Positions 1 through 9,874 of a stretch of DNA of 64,000 nucleotides are shown piece by piece. Origin of the DNA: a virus. The stretch is taken from the UHGV virus genome UHGV-0020835. One strand, written 5' to 3'. The position numbers and the translations under genes were made by a program. Positions within the stretch are counted from its first letter, which is position 1; each line of letters begins with the position of its first letter. The notes beneath the pieces are model-generated. The model was not told where the DNA came from. It saw only the letters and a program-made list of their open reading frames with translations, and searched no databases.

Positions 1-6
1 GTTGCT

Positions 7-1170
7 ATGCTTAGGGGTTATGGCGGCTCTGGTAAGAGTACAGTAATGAAGGCTTTTGTAGTAATGCTTGAAACCAATCACAAAGATTACACTCAACTTG
101 CTCCGACAGGCAAAGCAGCAAAACGTCTAAGAGAAACAACGGGCCGACCAGCAAGTACCATTCATATGATATTGGCTCAAGACGCTCATATCGACTCTGA
201 TTTTGTCATCATTGATGAGTGCAGTATGGTTGGCGTTCATTTATTATCTAAGCTATTTGATATATGCGAGTCTAATACACGATTTATCTTTGTATGTGAT
301 GAAGCTCAGTTAGCCTCTATCTCTTGTGGCAACGTTGTGCAAGACATCATTGACTCAGGCGTTGTGCCTACGGCCACATTAACCAAGATTTTCCGGTACG
401 GCTCATCTGGCCTTGCTACTGTAGCTACTGACACCCGTGAAGGTAAGGTTGGCCCAAGACAAAACAGTAATTATCCTGATTACCAGTTTCTCTCTATTGG
501 TGATAAGCCTATAGCACAAATCCTTGATGCTTATGAATCTCTACTTGACAAATACACTAAAGATGATATAATGATACTGTCCCCATTCAATAAAGGCCCA
601 GTTGGTACGGTAGCAATCAATAAGACCATTCAGTCCAGATACAATCCAAACCCTGATACTAATGCTATTCGTAAGATAAGTGGCGGTGAGGAAATTATGT
701 TTAAGGTGGGTGATAAGGTAATCAACACTCACAACGAATACCATTGCCCTTGTTTTAGGGTTGATGAAGATGGGTCTTTGGTTGAGAGTATGAACGACAT
801 TATGGTTATGAATGGTGATATGGGCTATATTCGGTATATCAAAGAGACCGACACTGGCATTGTTATGGCTGTTGAGTTTGATACTGGTATGGCAAGAATT
901 TATGGGCCTTATATGAACAATCTACTGCTTGGGTATGCTATTAGTATTCACAAGAGTCAGGGTAGTGAAGCTAAAGCCGTAATCGTGATTACCAGCCCTA
1001 TGCACAAACGTATGCTAAGCAGCAATCTGTTGTATGTTGCTGATAGCCGTGCAAAAGAGCAGTTGATTGAGATTGGTGATGTTGAGACAATTAAAGAGGG
1101 CCTTAAACGGCATGAACAGAAAGAGCGAGATACTTGGCTCTGTGAGCTATTAAAGGGGGATAATAAATGA
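7..1170 (+). CDS. SF1 RecD/Dda-like DNA helicase (5' end probably truncated by window edge)
   Basis: Walker A GYGGSGKST sits at residues 4-12, far too N-terminal for a complete SF1 helicase. C-terminal motif HKSQGSE...LYVADSRAKE matches RecD/UvrD motifs V/VI. Confidence 0.7.
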   Translation: MLRGYGGSGKSTVMKAFVVMLETNHKDYTQLAPTGKAAKRLRETTGRPASTIHMILAQDAHIDSDFVIIDECSMVGVHLLSKLFDICESNTRFIFVCDEAQLASISCGNVVQDIIDSGVVPTATLTKIFRYGSSGLATVATDTREGKVGPRQNSNYPDYQFLSIGDKPIAQILDAYESLLDKYTKDDIMILSPFNKGPVGTVAINKTIQSRYNPNPDTNAIRKISGGEEIMFKVGDKVINTHNEYHCPCFRVDEDGSLVESMNDIMVMNGDMGYIRYIKETDTGIVMAVEFDTGMARIYGPYMNNLLLGYAISIHKSQGSEAKAVIVITSPMHKRMLSSNLLYVADSRAKEQLIEIGDVETIKEGLKRHEQKERDTWLCELLKGDNK

Positions 1171-1427
1171 AAAAGTATGAGATTGCTGAAACCGTGACGC
1201 ACTATCACTCTATCGAGGTCGATGATGAAGTAGACATTTGTAATGTCATCAAAGAGGCTAAAGCCCTACTACATCAAGCCACTGGATTTGAGGCTATTGA
1301 AGAAGTGCTTAACAACTACCAGAACAAATATGGGTTTGATTATACAGTCAAGCCCAATTATTGTGGTACTTGCTCAGAGGGGCTTGAGATTGTTGGTTGT
1401 GAGGACGATAGCCCCGACCTTGATTAA
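1167..1427 (+). CDS. hypothetical protein
   Basis: ATGA overlap with the helicase stop; acidic 86-aa ORF. Confidence 0.4.
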   Translation: MKKYEIAETVTHYHSIEVDDEVDICNVIKEAKALLHQATGFEAIEEVLNNYQNKYGFDYTVKPNYCGTCSEGLEIVGCEDDSPDLD

Positions 1428-1457
1428 AGTTCATAAAATGTTTACATTTATTTAATA

Positions 1458-1483
1458 TTGATGTAACATTTTTATGATATAAT
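1458..1483 (+). promoter_or_regulatory. candidate sigma-A promoter with extended -10 (TGaTATAAT) upstream of nrdD
   Basis: tgatataat at ~1475-1483; weak -35. A small hairpin ctacc..ggtag lies between the promoter and the start codon. Confidence 0.3.
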
Positions 1484-1530
1484 ACACGTCCTACCTTAAC
1501 CGGTAGAATAAATATGAAAGGTCTGGTGCT

Positions 1531-2760
1531 ATGGTTATCCTAAAAAGAGACGGCAGACAGGTAGAATTTGATAGAAGCAAGATTTTCAATGCGGTTTATA
1601 AGGCTTTTGAACAATTAAACAAGCCAAGTGACGAAGCCACACAAATTGCTGGCAAAATTGCGAATGAGATTGAGTCTGGATGTAAAGAAGGTAGTAGTGT
1701 AGAGGATATTCAAGACATCGTTGAAAAAAAGCTAATGGCAAGTAGTTATAAGGATGTGGCTAAGGCTTATATTAACTATCGTCAGCTACACAAGATGGCT
1801 CGTAATCAATATAAAGAACTCATGGATGCTGTTGGTGAAAAACTATCAGGGTCTAATATTGAGAATCAAAACGCCAATGTAGATGAGCATAGTTTTGGTG
1901 GACGTATGGGCGAGGCCACAAGAATCGTGACTAAGAAATTCGCCCTTGAGAACCTTGTGTCTCCTGTGGCCAAAGCTAATCATGAAAACAATGAAATCTA
2001 TATCCATGATCTTGACAGCTATGCCGTAGGCAACCATAACTGTCTATCTATTCCTTTTGATGATTTGCTTGCTAAGGGATTTAATACTAGACAGACAGAT
2101 GTAAGACCGGCTCAAAGCATCAATACAGCCTTTCAGTTGGTTGCAGTTATTTTTCAGTTACAGAGCCTACAAGAATTTGGCGGTGTAAGCGCAACCCATC
2201 TTGACTGGACAATGGTTCCTTATGTGAGAAAGTCGTTCTGGAAACATTTCAAAGACGGCCTTGTTTACATTCAGAAGGAACCACGTCCCACCGATGACCA
2301 CTTCGACCCTAATTGCCCTATTAACGCAGAAATTTATAAACTGGCTGATGAAGCATATGACTATGCTATGGATATGACCACTAAAGAGTGCTATCAGGCC
2401 GTTGAGGGTATGTATCATAATCTGAACACACTACAATCTCGTTCCGGGAACCAGTTGCCTTTCACTTCAATCAACTACGGTACTTGCACATTGCCTGAAG
2501 GCCGTATGGTCACTAAAGCCCTGCTTGATACCTCTATCAAGGGTATCGGCAAGCTTCATCGTACAAGCATTTTCCCTTGCGGTATCTTCCAGTGTATGAA
2601 AGGTGTTAATCGTGAACAGGGCGACCCCAACTATGACCTATTTAAGTTAGCCCTTAAGTCCACTGCACAGCGCTTATACCCCAACTATGCCAATGTTGAT
2701 TGGTCTGGTAATGCTGGATATAATGTTAATGACCCCAAGACGTATTTTTCTACGATGGGT
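1531..2760 (+). CDS. nrdD: anaerobic ribonucleoside-triphosphate reductase NrdD, exon 1
   Basis: N-terminal ATP cone (KRDGRQVEFDRSKI). Exon ends at ...STMG, aligning to the E. coli NrdD SMG|CRSF junction. The trailing 20 codons before the stop are intron-encoded read-through. Confidence 0.8.
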
Positions 2761-3576
2761 AAGCGGAAACTTAGCTCATCTAAAATCCTTATGAACCTTG
2801 CTAAAGGGTGTGTGGCTTAAAAAGCCATGCTAACGGATAGGACTCTATAGGAGTTGAGTCCGTGCTAAAATTCATCATAATACAAATATAAAAGAAAGGA
2901 GGATAATAATGACCTTAGAAGAATTTGATAAAATCACTAATGATTTTGTCCCCTTAAAAAGTACAGATGGACGGTTTGGTATTAACAAGTATGCTCAAAT
3001 CATAAACCTCAAAACAGGCCGACTTATTCATACTTATATCGGTGTAGATATGTATGAACACGTTGTTTTGTGTTACAAGGGTAAAAGATATAGGCAACGA
3101 GTTCATCGTCTTATGGCAGAAGCCTTTCTTAATAATTGTAAGGTTGTTGACCATAACGACACCATAAAAAACCATAATATTCTTTGGAATCTTAATCCAT
3201 CTACACGTTCTGAAAATATTGCCAAAGCCTATAAAGAAAATACTTATGTAAATCCACATAAAGGCCGTGGTATTTGGATTGTTGCGGAAAATAAAGAAAC
3301 TAAAGAAAAACACTTTTTTAAGAGTATGCGAGAATGTGAAAGATTTACTGGTGTAGACCGTCACAGAATCAAACATTTTCTCTTAAAGGAAAGAACTAAT
3401 CTTACCAACTTTAATTTTTATTATGATGAATGAAGTGTATCGACTATTTTCGGGGGAGTAACCCGGCAGCGGTAGTTTGTATCGCTGGTACGGCAAGAGA
3501 TTAGCACTTGCTGGAAGAGTAAGGACACCGAAAGGTGAAGATATAGTCAGTGCCGATGGTGACATCGGATAAAACG
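2761..3576 (+). mobile_element. group I self-splicing intron interrupting nrdD, carrying an HNH homing-endonuclease ORF
   Basis: Exon 1 ends in U. The intron segment GCTCAT (~2774) can pair with exon AUGGGU, giving the U.G at the splice site. The 3' region has the AAGATATAGTC P7-like motif and ends in G before the exon-2 TGT. The flanking exons reconstitute a conserved NrdD sequence. Confidence 0.7.
2909..3433 (+). CDS. HNH homing endonuclease (intron-encoded) with C-terminal NUMOD-like DNA-binding tail
   Basis: Strong RBS aaaggagg. HRLMAEAF...VDHNDTIKNHNILWNL HNH_3-like motif. AT-rich codon usage distinct from nrdD. Confidence 0.75.
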   Translation: MTLEEFDKITNDFVPLKSTDGRFGINKYAQIINLKTGRLIHTYIGVDMYEHVVLCYKGKRYRQRVHRLMAEAFLNNCKVVDHNDTIKNHNILWNLNPSTRSENIAKAYKENTYVNPHKGRGIWIVAENKETKEKHFFKSMRECERFTGVDRHRIKHFLLKERTNLTNFNFYYDE

Positions 3577-4557
3577 TGTAGAACCGCTAATGGCTGGGAC
3601 ATCAACGGTCTTGGCCAACAGAAAGATGGCAGAGGTAATATTTGTCCCGTAACTATTATTATGCCCACTTTGGCTATGGAGACCAAGGAGCGAACAGAAC
3701 TCGCTAAAAATCCAAAGGAAGCTATTATTGATAGTTTTATAGATATTCTCGACCAAAAAATCCACGAAGCCAAAGATATGCTTATTGAACGTTTTAACTG
3801 GATTTGTAGCCAATCTCCTGAAGCAGCCAAGTTCATGTATGAAAACAATGTAATGGCTGGATATGTGCCAAAAGAAGGCATCCGCTCTGCCCTAAAGCAT
3901 GGCACTCTTGCTATTGGCCAGATTGGTCTTGCCGAGACTCTACAAATCTTGATTGGTCAAGACCACACCACCTCAGAAGGCATGGAAATCGCCAGGCGAA
4001 TTGAGCAACTGTTTAAGGATAGATGTGCCGAGTTTAAAGAAAACTATCATCTAAACTTTGGTGTTTACTATACCCCAGCAGAAAATTTGTGCTATACCTC
4101 AATGCAGAAGTTTAAGATTAAGTATGGTATTATCCCTAATGTTTCAGATAAAGACTTCTTTACCAACTCTATCCATGTTCCTGTGTGGAAACACATGACT
4201 CCATTTGAGAAGATTGATATTGAGTCTCAGCTAACAGGCTATTCCAGTGCGGGCTGTATCACATATACAGAATTGGACAGCGGTGCCAAGAACAATCTTA
4301 AAGCCCTTGAAGCAATCGTCAACTATGCTATGGATAAGGATGTTCCTTACTTTGCTATTAACGTCCCCAATGACCAATGCATGAACTGTGGGTATTGCGA
4401 TGAAATGGATGATGATTGCCCTGAGTGCGGAAGTGAGGATATTAAGCGTCTACGGCGTGTGACAGGCTATCTAACCAATGATTATAAAACAGCATTTAAT
4501 GCCGGTAAACAACAAGAAGTTGAAATGAGAGTTAAACATCAGGAGTTCAATCAATGA
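3577..4557 (+). CDS. nrdD: anaerobic ribonucleotide reductase NrdD, exon 2 (glycyl-radical and Zn-ribbon C-terminus)
   Basis: CRTANGW..., YYTPAENLC, NLKALEAIVNYA, Zn ribbon CMNCGYC..CPECG, glycyl-radical motif RRVTGYL..FNAGKQQEV. The track ORF starts upstream at 3550 (GTG) inside the intron. Confidence 0.8.
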   Translation, partial: CRTANGWDINGLGQQKDGRGNICPVTIIMPTLAMETKERTELAKNPKEAIIDSFIDILDQKIHEAKDMLIERFNWICSQSPEAAKFMYENNVMAGYVPKEGIRSALKHGTLAIGQIGLAETLQILIGQDHTTSEGMEIARRIEQLFKDRCAEFKENYHLNFGVYYTPAENLCYTSMQKFKIKYGIIPNVSDKDFFTNSIHVPVWKHMTPFEKIDIESQLTGYSSAGCITYTELDSGAKNNLKALEAIVNYAMDKDVPYFAINVPNDQCMNCGYCDEMDDDCPECGSEDIKRLRRVTGYLTNDYKTAFNAGKQQEVEMRVKHQEFNQ

Positions 4558-5069
4558 ATTATGCTAATATAATTTCTTGTGACATTGCCAACGGAGAGGG
4601 AATCCGCACTTCCCTCTTCGTGTCTGGCTGTACTAATCACTGTCAAGGGTGTTTTAACGAAGAGTCCCAAGATTTCAACTATGGCCAACTCTACACCCCC
4701 GAGACAGAACAAACTATCCTTGAACAAATCTCTAAACCTTATGTTGCTGGTCTAAGTATCCTTGGAGGAGACCCCCTATGTCAAGACTCCGAGGGGAAGC
4801 TTCAATTACTACATCTAATTCAAAAAGTAACCAAACTACACAAAACAATTTGGCTATGGACAGGATTTATTTGGGAAGAAGCTATTAAAGAGCCTCTAAA
4901 TCGCAGTTTATTTGGTTGGTGCGACGTGGTAGTAGACGGGCCATTTATTGAAGCCCAAAAAGACCTAACTTTAGCTTTTAGAGGCTCGTCTAACCAACGT
5001 ATAATTGATACACAAGAGACCTTAAACCAAAATAAAATTATAATTTATAAAGGAGAGTTTCATGATTAG
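4554..5069 (+). CDS. nrdG: anaerobic RNR activating protein NrdG (radical SAM)
   Basis: CTNHCQGC radical-SAM cluster motif. ATGA overlap with the nrdD stop. Confidence 0.85.
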   Translation: MNYANIISCDIANGEGIRTSLFVSGCTNHCQGCFNEESQDFNYGQLYTPETEQTILEQISKPYVAGLSILGGDPLCQDSEGKLQLLHLIQKVTKLHKTIWLWTGFIWEEAIKEPLNRSLFGWCDVVVDGPFIEAQKDLTLAFRGSSNQRIIDTQETLNQNKIIIYKGEFHD

Positions 5070-5277
5070 CGAAATTACAGATATTAATGTGTATCTAGGC
5101 CAATTTTGTTTTGAACGACTACTATGCAACCTATCTATTGAGGCAGATATTATCCCACACAAGGGCGACTTTATCTTTTATAACGATGAAACCTATAAGG
5201 TCATGTATTGTATGTTAGACGTAGACCATGGTGAATATTCTGTCTTTGTGCGTGTAGCAATCGAGGAGGACTTTTGA
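5062..5277 (+). CDS. hypothetical protein
   Basis: 71-aa ORF overlapping nrdG end and next gene start. Confidence 0.4.
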   Translation: MISEITDINVYLGQFCFERLLCNLSIEADIIPHKGDFIFYNDETYKVMYCMLDVDHGEYSVFVRVAIEEDF

Positions 5278-5813
5278 TGGTTGAGCTTAAAAAGTGGCCA
5301 ACGGACGTAGATTGGGCTTGGTGCAAAGAATGTTGTCTTAATACAGTAGGCAAGACCTCTACCACACTTCCTACGGAAGAATGGAAGCGTAAGCTAATTG
5401 CGGCAGAACATAGCCCCCTAAGAGAACTATGGTTCGGCATTAAGATGACCATCCCTTATTATATTAGTGTCCATTTTGTTCGTCATCACATTGGATGTAA
5501 CCACTATGTTCAGTCCCAACGCAATGACCGACAAAACAAGTATGACCGTAATAAGGCCCCACAAGACGAACCGGTAAACCATGTTATGTCTATTAACGCT
5601 CAAGAGCTTGTGTTTATGGCTCATAAGCGTCTATGTAATCAAGCCTCTCCTGAGACTCGTGCTGTGATGCGAGAAATCGTAGATAAAGTTACTGAAAAAT
5701 GCCCTGAATTTAAGGACTTTCTTGTCCCGCTATGCGAGTATAGGGGCGGGGTCTGCACAGAATTTTACCCCTGTGGATATAATAAAACAATTAAGGAGAA
5801 AAGCAATGGTTGA
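5274..5813 (+). CDS. hypothetical protein, possibly ThyX-like (FAD-dependent thymidylate synthase-like)
   Basis: VRHHIGCNHYVQSQR resembles the ThyX RHR-X7-SxR(Y) signature with one extra residue. Nucleotide-metabolism context. Weak call. Confidence 0.3.
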   Translation: MMVELKKWPTDVDWAWCKECCLNTVGKTSTTLPTEEWKRKLIAAEHSPLRELWFGIKMTIPYYISVHFVRHHIGCNHYVQSQRNDRQNKYDRNKAPQDEPVNHVMSINAQELVFMAHKRLCNQASPETRAVMREIVDKVTEKCPEFKDFLVPLCEYRGGVCTEFYPCGYNKTIKEKSNG

Positions 5814-6255
5814 GGTCAAAGTAAAACGCCTATCAGAAACAGCAACATTGCCCACATATGGCTCTACTAAAGCCGCTTGCATGGACTTATATGCCGATGT
5901 AAAATCCCTTGGTGTGGATAAGATTTATCTCGGTTCCGGCGATTGCTACAAAATTCCTACTGGTCTTGCCTTTCAGCCCCCTGTTGGTTTCTGTGGTTTA
6001 ATCTTTGCTCGGTCTGGCCTATCTGTTAAAAAAGGGCTTAGACCTAGTAATGCAGTGGGCGTTGCAGATGAAGACTACACAGGCAATTACATTGTCGCCT
6101 TATATAATGATTCAAACGAAACCCAAGTCATTGAGCATGGTGACAGAATCGCACAGTTAATGTTTGTGCCATACTATCAAGCCAACCTGATTGAAGTAGA
6201 TGCACTTGACTCTACTGAACGTGGTGATGGAGGTTTTGGGCATACGGGCAAGTAA
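5806..6255 (+). CDS. dut: dUTP diphosphatase (dUTPase)
   Basis: Motifs ARSGL, GVADEDYTG, RIAQL, RGDGGFGHTG. RBS aaggagaaaagcaATG. The track ORF starts further upstream at a TTG (5722). Confidence 0.85.
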   Translation: MVEVKVKRLSETATLPTYGSTKAACMDLYADVKSLGVDKIYLGSGDCYKIPTGLAFQPPVGFCGLIFARSGLSVKKGLRPSNAVGVADEDYTGNYIVALYNDSNETQVIEHGDRIAQLMFVPYYQANLIEVDALDSTERGDGGFGHTGK

Positions 6256-6290
6256 ATGATTGTCAAGGCTAACTAAACATCGAAAAAAAT

Positions 6291-6328
6291 AGGGAACTTA
6301 GACAGAGTAAAATCCATCTAAGTTCCCT
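6291..6328. terminator. bidirectional rho-independent terminator between convergent dut and minus-strand structural operon
   Basis: Hairpin gggaacttaga...tctaagttccc flanked by an A-run upstream and a T/A-rich stretch downstream. Confidence 0.6.
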
Positions 6329-6347
6329 ATAATTATATAATTATATG

Positions 6348-6866
6348 TTAGCCACCTTCAGCAACAAGCTCGACTTCAACAGTTTGGTCTCCGTTGTTCA
6401 CAACAGCCTGAGTCTTGGTAGTAAAACCAGTCTTACTCACAGTCAGAGTATAACTATCGCCAAGCCCAGAAAGTAGGAAGGTATTGGTTGTACCAGTAAT
6501 AGGAGCAACCTCAGCACTGTCAACATCAGTCACCTTAATAGTAGCATCAGAAGGGGTCGCATTAACAGTCAGTACAAAACCGTCCTGTAAGCTCACAACA
6601 CCCTTAGATAGCTTAAAGAAACGGCCATCAAGACCAACACCGCAATTGCCCCTAATGGGAACAGGAATGCCAACTTCTTCCCCTTCGCTGTTATGTAGAG
6701 TAATTACTTTATTACTTGTAGTGAACAGAGCACCATCCCAACGCTGACCACAAGTAGACACAGCCTTAGTTGCATCAACAGTTGTTGCATTAACATCACA
6801 AATAATACCATTGATAGTTTTTAATGTTTTTGAATCCAGTCGGATTCCTCCGCAAAATTTAGCCAT
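6348..6866 (-). CDS. hypothetical structural protein (beta-rich, Ig-like?)
   Basis: Last gene of the minus-strand operon. T/V/G-rich beta-strand composition typical of fibre or decoration domains. Confidence 0.4.
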   Translation of the reverse strand: MAKFCGGIRLDSKTLKTINGIICDVNATTVDATKAVSTCGQRWDGALFTTSNKVITLHNSEGEEVGIPVPIRGNCGVGLDGRFFKLSKGVVSLQDGFVLTVNATPSDATIKVTDVDSAEVAPITGTTNTFLLSGLGDSYTLTVSKTGFTTKTQAVVNNGDQTVEVELVAEGG

Positions 6867-6889
6867 ATATCATCATCCTTTCTTAGTTA

Positions 6890-8794
6890 TTATCTATAAG
6901 TTCCTTCGCCAATAGAAGTAATATAAATATCCATATTAGATGAGGCCGTATTGTTTAATGTAACACTATTCTCGCCCGTTGTCCTCGTGCAAGTCCAACC
7001 ATTTAAGTTGGCAAGGACAGAAATCGTGACCCCATCAGGATAAACAGACACACATATTAACCCACCATGGCCATTGTCAGCCACAGTCAACAAATAAACA
7101 CCATTAGACAGAGGCACATTCACAGAGCTATTGCCAGACACAACAACCTTAGCCTTTCTCACCACATCGCTCAGAGAAGCATCAACATAACCCTTATTGG
7201 GAATGTCTACAGCTTGAGTGGGTGGCTTTAGGACAGAGGCCGTGCCGTTAATAGTTAAATCGCCACCAACCTGTACATTACCTGAGAAATTACCAGCCTT
7301 AGCCACATTATCAACATACTGCTTATTGGCCAGATGGTTGTTCTCGGTGGGTGTACCTTGGTCAATCAAATGGCCTTTAGCCGTATATCTGGCAATGCTA
7401 CTACTAAGTCCAGCATCAGACACAACACACACATCTTGCTTTGAACCATTTTGTAGATAAGCCTTTATTACGCCGTTAGGAGAGTCTACAGCCTGTACGC
7501 ACTTACCAGTACAACTATCAACATACTCTTTATTGGCGATTTGGTGAGGTTGGGTGGGTTGATCTGCAAGGGCTTCGCCAGCTAAAAAGCCCATATTAAC
7601 AGCATGACTATTTTGAGTAGGATTGCCTACTGATACAGGAACATATTCGCTATGGGACGATGCTTTAACAAAAGCCGCTTCCCCACTAGTAGAGCCAACG
7701 AGCCGGGGCGCATTAACGCCTTGTTCAATCGTTGGCCCAATATAAATAGGTGCAATTCCATCCACATGAATCTTCTGTACATTGGTAATAGCGTTTGCAC
7801 CCATGTTGATATCGCCTGACATTGTGCCGCCAGACGTAGGCAGATAGTTATTGGTTTGCTTATTCCATGTCCCATCTACTGAATTATAAGAAATGGTAGA
7901 TACCTGTTTGCTTTCAGCATCAACATGACTAAAAGACACATCAGCAGCAGAGGACGCAGACACATTATAAGTATCACCATTGAGAGTGGCATATACCAGA
8001 CGCTTGTCTAAGATAGCTTGAGTAATCTCTTGGATAGTGGTGTTTGTAAGCAAACCAGCATTCTGGTCATGTCTAAATGTAACTACAAACGTTCTATCAT
8101 CTACATATTGCTTGGTAACAGCATGAGCGCCTTCTTGTGGATCGCCCGCTAAGGTTAAAGGCCCATTCATTATACCGCCATCTAAAGGTAGATACTCAGA
8201 CAAGTCAGCAGTGTAGTCAGCATCACTCCAAGTATCTCCGCTTTCATCATGACTATACTGAATCGCCCTCGTAACCACTCTTTGGCCACCAGTTTGTACT
8301 TGTGTATACCCGAACGTAAAACCAGCTTTATTACCATTATCGGCAAACTGAGCGTTAATTAAAGGCAATCTAGAAGAATCATACTGTACAGCAATATTTT
8401 CTTTGCTGTCAAATGCGGCCTTAATCTGTACATAAGTCTTATCAGCCGTATAATGGCCTTGATTCTCCTCTGTCAACCCAATGATAAAATCAGCAGACGC
8501 AAACTCTTGCCAATGCGTAACATTACCATCATTACTCAGGAAATGGCCCGTTGTCTCAGAGGTGATAGGCGGAATGCCTGTGTCAACAGCCGTAGTAGTG
8601 TCAGGTTGTTCAATCCATTCATTACTAGCCTCATTATACCGATATGTTTTGCTTGTATCAATTTCATAAAAACTATCGCCATTATGAGCAACAAGTATAG
8701 TCTTATCATCAGCACTTAATCCGCAATATTCAGCATACCGCATAGCGTCATAAAATGCAGGGCGTTCAAGAGTAATCATTCTTGTGCCTCCCAT
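6890..8794 (-). CDS. tail fibre protein with Phage_fiber_2-type repeats
   Basis: Repeats LPLDGGIMNGPLTL...AVTKQYVDD, LPTSGGTMSGDINM, HLANKQYVDN, IPNKGYVDA. Confidence 0.6.
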   Translation of the reverse strand: MGGTRMITLERPAFYDAMRYAEYCGLSADDKTILVAHNGDSFYEIDTSKTYRYNEASNEWIEQPDTTTAVDTGIPPITSETTGHFLSNDGNVTHWQEFASADFIIGLTEENQGHYTADKTYVQIKAAFDSKENIAVQYDSSRLPLINAQFADNGNKAGFTFGYTQVQTGGQRVVTRAIQYSHDESGDTWSDADYTADLSEYLPLDGGIMNGPLTLAGDPQEGAHAVTKQYVDDRTFVVTFRHDQNAGLLTNTTIQEITQAILDKRLVYATLNGDTYNVSASSAADVSFSHVDAESKQVSTISYNSVDGTWNKQTNNYLPTSGGTMSGDINMGANAITNVQKIHVDGIAPIYIGPTIEQGVNAPRLVGSTSGEAAFVKASSHSEYVPVSVGNPTQNSHAVNMGFLAGEALADQPTQPHQIANKEYVDSCTGKCVQAVDSPNGVIKAYLQNGSKQDVCVVSDAGLSSSIARYTAKGHLIDQGTPTENNHLANKQYVDNVAKAGNFSGNVQVGGDLTINGTASVLKPPTQAVDIPNKGYVDASLSDVVRKAKVVVSGNSSVNVPLSNGVYLLTVADNGHGGLICVSVYPDGVTISVLANLNGWTCTRTTGENSVTLNNTASSNMDIYITSIGEGTYR

Positions 8795-8907
8795 CTTATT
8801 ATATTAGGAACATATCTAATGCTATCATATTTTTTTAGTTTCACTAGAGATACTGTTACAGCGCCATCATCATTAATAGTTCTGTATAAAATAACAGTCT
8901 GCATCAT
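8776..8907 (-). CDS. possible small ORF (43 aa) coupled between the LRR gene and the fibre gene
   Basis: TAATG overlap with the LRR gene stop. RBS agggggtta. Not in the ORF track (<60 aa). Overlaps the fibre start. Confidence 0.25.
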   Translation of the reverse strand: MMQTVILYRTINDDGAVTVSLVKLKKYDSIRYVPNIIRWEAQE

Positions 8908-9779
8908 TAACCCCCTGTATAGTCATAGTGGATTGTGGCGTTGGTGGCTCCCCAAGGAGCATCTGGGATTAAATTTTCAGACCAAGACACATAAATATCA
9001 GTTAAATTAGTACACCCCTCAAAAGCATTTGCGGCTATGGAAAGATATATCGCATCAGTAAGACTTAAATAAACCGTCTTTAAAGCCGTGCAAGATTTAA
9101 AACATTCTGATTCTATGTACAACATGTCTGATAAAGCTACTAAAGAAAACGTTTGTAAACTTGTACAGTATTCAAAAGCATTTGACTTAATTCTACCCAA
9201 TTTATTTGGTTTAAAAGTTATTTCTTTTAATCCTTTGCATTTTGAAAAAGCGTACTCGCCAATAGTCTTTACATTATCTTGTGAAAAATCTAAAGGAGGA
9301 AGAACCGTGCATCCTTCAAAAGCCCGCGACCCAATCTTTGTAATTGGTTCTGTCCAAGAAACAGAGGCTAATGCTGAACAATTCAAAAATAAGCCAGGTC
9401 TAATTTGTTTACCCACTGAACCGACTATTTCAGCAGAAATCAATTGATTGTTCTTGTACGTTTCTTTAATATAGGGCTCCGGAACAGAAGGAACAGAAGG
9501 GACATTAACAGTAATAGGACTATACGCCGTTCCCTCTGGAGCCGTTGTAACACCATTTTCAACAATTGTAATAGGTTCTATATTAACGCTACTTCCACCG
9601 GTTCCGGCTTTTTTAATCCAAGTTTTATTAGTTTTGTCAAATACATAAACTCTGCCAGTATCAATTTCTGTGAATTTTGAGCCGTTTTCTACGTTAATAG
9701 GTTTAGTGTCAATAGAGCGGCCAGCAAATGTTGAAATCTTGGGGTTGTTATATCCAGAAGGTCGAACTTGTGTTATCAT
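8907..9779 (-). CDS. BspA-type leucine-rich-repeat (LRR_5) protein, putative receptor-binding/tail-associated
   Basis: Repeated AFEGCT.L..I....V..IGEYAFSKCKGL and NAFEYCTSL, ANAFEGCTNL motifs. Confidence 0.6.
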   Translation of the reverse strand: MITQVRPSGYNNPKISTFAGRSIDTKPINVENGSKFTEIDTGRVYVFDKTNKTWIKKAGTGGSSVNIEPITIVENGVTTAPEGTAYSPITVNVPSVPSVPEPYIKETYKNNQLISAEIVGSVGKQIRPGLFLNCSALASVSWTEPITKIGSRAFEGCTVLPPLDFSQDNVKTIGEYAFSKCKGLKEITFKPNKLGRIKSNAFEYCTSLQTFSLVALSDMLYIESECFKSCTALKTVYLSLTDAIYLSIAANAFEGCTNLTDIYVSWSENLIPDAPWGATNATIHYDYTGG

Positions 9780-9819
9780 ATAAACACCTCACCTAATAAA
9801 ATATTGTAATCTAATCACA

Positions 9820-9860
9820 ATAAAAAAGATATGGGCCACTTTAACAAGTAACCCATATCT
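9820..9860 (-). terminator. rho-independent terminator downstream of holin gene
   Basis: Hairpin gatatggg...cccatatc; T-run on minus strand (A-run 9822-9827 on plus). Confidence 0.5.
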
Positions 9861-9874
9861 TACCTATTCTTTAT

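Noticed and set aside
5274-5813. Confident ThyX annotation
   Set aside because: Only a partial RHR-SxR-like string with an extra residue matches, and the length is shorter than ThyX. Kept as a low-confidence suggestion.
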